Source: Bacteroidota bacterium
GTDB taxonomy: Bacteria; Bacteroidota; Bacteroidia; Bacteroidales; FEN-979
Assembly (NCBI GenBank): GCA_037139855.1
Contig: JBAXFM010000001.1
Span: 2,503 to 66,502, forward strand
Direction of reading: 5' to 3'
DNA: 64,000 nt
Below the pieces are notes generated by a model. The model did not search any database. It saw nothing but the letters and a program-made list of their open reading frames with translations, and was not told where the DNA came from. How positions within the stretch are numbered: the stretch's first letter is position 1; each line of letters starts with the position of its first letter. This document shows positions 62,055 to 64,000 of this stretch, one piece after another. The position numbers and the translations under genes are program-made.

Positions 62055-62103
62055 TTACGCCCGGGATGTCAACCGGGCTGAAATTCATAAAGGAGTTAAA
62101 AGG

Positions 62104-62142
62104 ATCCCCTGAACCACGAAAAAAAGTTCAGGGGATTTTTTA
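62104..62142 (+). terminator. Rho-independent terminator after the lysis cassette
   Basis: Exact second copy of 23357..23395. Confidence 0.8.
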
Positions 62143-62194
62143 TTGTCCTTTACCCTCGCAGCTGTCGGATGTATCATTGCTCAAACAATTTGTA

Positions 62195-62713
62195 ATGAGC
62201 TTTTGGAAGAAGGTGATTGACAGCCGTCAAAACGGCAGGATCGGCAAAGGTTCCTGGGAAGGTCCTTTTGACATCGGCATTGTAGAGACAGGACAGACAC
62301 AGCGCCACCAGCGTTCTTTCAATACTGAAGAAATGGAGGCATTCAATGAGAAATTAAAGGGATGGGGCGCAAAAGTAAACGCCGCCCTTCCGCCATCCAT
62401 CAGATCCCTGGGCATCGGAGGCAAGCGCCTTGCTTCCAGTATCCGCAACACCTACTATTATGAATACGGTGAAATTTACCGTCTCGGGTTTTCCTTCGCA
62501 CGCGAGGGCATATTCGTGCACAAGGGCGTTGGCCGCGGATACGTGATGGCCAATGGTACGGTTGTGAAAATATCAAAAACCCTGGGATTTAACCGCAAAC
62601 CAAAACCATGGTTTAACCCCGTAATCGAGTCGTTCATCCCGGAACTCGAAGAAATCATTATGGAATACAGCAATACTGCAATCATCAATTCAACACGAAT
62701 TTATATCCGATAA
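62195..62713 (+). CDS. hypothetical protein (172 aa)
   Basis: Exact second copy of 23448..23966. Confidence 0.55.
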   Translation: MSFWKKVIDSRQNGRIGKGSWEGPFDIGIVETGQTQRHQRSFNTEEMEAFNEKLKGWGAKVNAALPPSIRSLGIGGKRLASSIRNTYYYEYGEIYRLGFSFAREGIFVHKGVGRGYVMANGTVVKISKTLGFNRKPKPWFNPVIESFIPELEEIIMEYSNTAIINSTRIYIR

Positions 62714-62715
62714 CC

Positions 62716-64000
62716 ATGGCTGGCAAAACAAACATTTCCGATTACCGGTTTTCAATTTTCATCAACAATGACCAGGCGAAAAAAAGCCTCATGGAGATGG
62801 AAAAAACCATGATGGGCTACGAAGCGGAACTTAAGAAGCTGGAAGTCGAAGGGAAAAAGAATTCGGCAGAATATAATTCCCGAAAGGATGCGATCGCAAA
62901 GCTCGATGTTGAAATGAAAAACATGCGCAAGGAGGCCGGACTCCAGGCGCTTTCGCTGAAAGAACTCAAGTCGCTGCAGTCGCAGCTGCGCAATGAAATG
63001 GCCAGGGCCGTACCAGGTACTGAACACTGGAAAAAACTGGATGCCGAACTTGCAAAGGTTAACGGAAGATTTCGCGAGCTTTCGACCAATGCTAAATCAA
63101 CAGGCCTGAGTATCGGTGGCATGGCTGAAGGGTTCAATAAGTATTTTGGGATGCTAACCGCTGGCGTTGCAGCCCTGACCGGATTGGTTTTTTCATTTCG
63201 CAAAGTGGTTGACGTTTTCAACGAATATGAAAAGAAACTCGATAATCTCTCAGCGCTGACCGGTCTCACCGGCGATAACCTTACCTGGCTTTCACAGCAG
63301 GCAAAGGAAATGAGTACCTCCATGGGCGAAGGTAACGTGCGGATCACCCAGTCGGCAGATGCGATCGTTGACGCCTACACAAAGGTAGGCAGCGCCCGGC
63401 CTGAACTGCTGAAGAACAAGGAGGATCTCAACATGGTTACCAAGGAAGCCATTTTGTTGTCTGAAGCTGCAAATTCCGAACTGGAACCGGCAGTGAAAGC
63501 ACTAACCGGGGTTCTTAATCAGTTTAACGCTCCGGCAAGCGATTCGCGCCGGATCATAAATGCCCTTGCTGCCGGATCCAAAGAAGGTGCAGGAGAGATT
63601 CCCTACCTGACCGAGGCAATTGAAAAATCAGGGACGGTTGCTGCTGATGCTGGAATGTCTATTGAAGAACTCGTTGGTACACTTGAAACATTGGCGCCTA
63701 GAATGACTCAGCCGGAAATGGCTGGCAGGTCCCTCCGGGCAGTCATTTTGAAACTCCAGGAAGGGGCAAAAGACACCAATCCTGCCATCGTCGGGATGGC
63801 CACGGCAATGGAGAACCTAGGCAAAAAGAACCTTTCCGTGGCTGAATTGGTCAATATGTTTGGCGTAGAGAATATCACAGCCGCAAAGATTCTGATCAAC
63901 AATGTGGGTGAACTGAAAAATTACACCAAGGCAGTCACCGGCACCAGTGTTGCCCTGGAGCAAGCCGCAATCAATACCGATAACAATACATCCAGACTTG
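62716..64000 (+). CDS. tail tape measure protein, 3' end cut by the window edge
   Basis: Second copy of the first 1285 nt of 23969..27700. It has no stop inside the window, so it is absent from the ORF track. Confidence 0.85.
   Translation, partial: MAGKTNISDYRFSIFINNDQAKKSLMEMEKTMMGYEAELKKLEVEGKKNSAEYNSRKDAIAKLDVEMKNMRKEAGLQALSLKELKSLQSQLRNEMARAVPGTEHWKKLDAELAKVNGRFRELSTNAKSTGLSIGGMAEGFNKYFGMLTAGVAALTGLVFSFRKVVDVFNEYEKKLDNLSALTGLTGDNLTWLSQQAKEMSTSMGEGNVRITQSADAIVDAYTKVGSARPELLKNKEDLNMVTKEAILLSEAANSELEPAVKALTGVLNQFNAPASDSRRIINALAAGSKEGAGEIPYLTEAIEKSGTVAADAGMSIEELVGTLETLAPRMTQPEMAGRSLRAVILKLQEGAKDTNPAIVGMATAMENLGKKNLSVAELVNMFGVENITAAKILINNVGELKNYTKAVTGTSVALEQAAINTDNNTSRL

Larger units (their letters stand above)
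38748..64000. repeat. Copy 2 of the 25,253-bp long direct repeat (second partial turn of the unit)
   Basis: Matches 1..25253 at offset +38747 wherever compared. All paired ORF translations are identical. Confidence 0.97.

Overview
The window is not 64 kb of unique DNA. It is about 1.65 head-to-tail turns of one 38,747-bp unit: 1..25253 recurs at 38748..64000, and every paired ORF translation is identical. The unit reads as a complete temperate, siphovirus-like phage genome with no host flank, so it is a circular, concatemeric or wrapped-contig representation. One turn is organised as follows. (1) A + strand early/replication operon with small ORFs and a 1036-aa CHC2-zinc-finger/Toprim primase fused to a P-loop domain, closed by a terminator. 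(2) A 580-bp gene-free region with an A/T-rich tract and nine GCACGAAA-type iterons. (3) A long + strand late block holding the S49-type prohead protease, a 720-aa putative capsid protein ending in two tandem 97-aa repeats, a PLD-like protein, and the small and large terminase. (4) A 2.3-kb accessory island with a RadC/JAB protein and small ORFs. Two of its cassettes sit behind paralogous ~310-nt structured leaders and each ends in its own terminator. (5) A putative portal, a holin/GH24 endolysin/u-spanin-like lysis cassette, a 1243-aa tape measure, tail, baseplate and fibre genes (two with Bacteroidota-style signal peptides), and a terminator-bounded lipoprotein moron. (6) A minus-strand lysogeny module (tyrosine integrase, XRE-like repressor) facing a + strand cro-position ORF and a LuxR-type regulator. 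A Bacteroidota host is inferred from three things: no Shine-Dalgarno motifs at the starts I inspected, signal peptides cleaved before Gln, and the integrase subtype. I found no rRNA, tRNA or CRISPR. Most products are hypothetical. Functional calls rest on motifs readable in the translations and on gene order, not on any database search.
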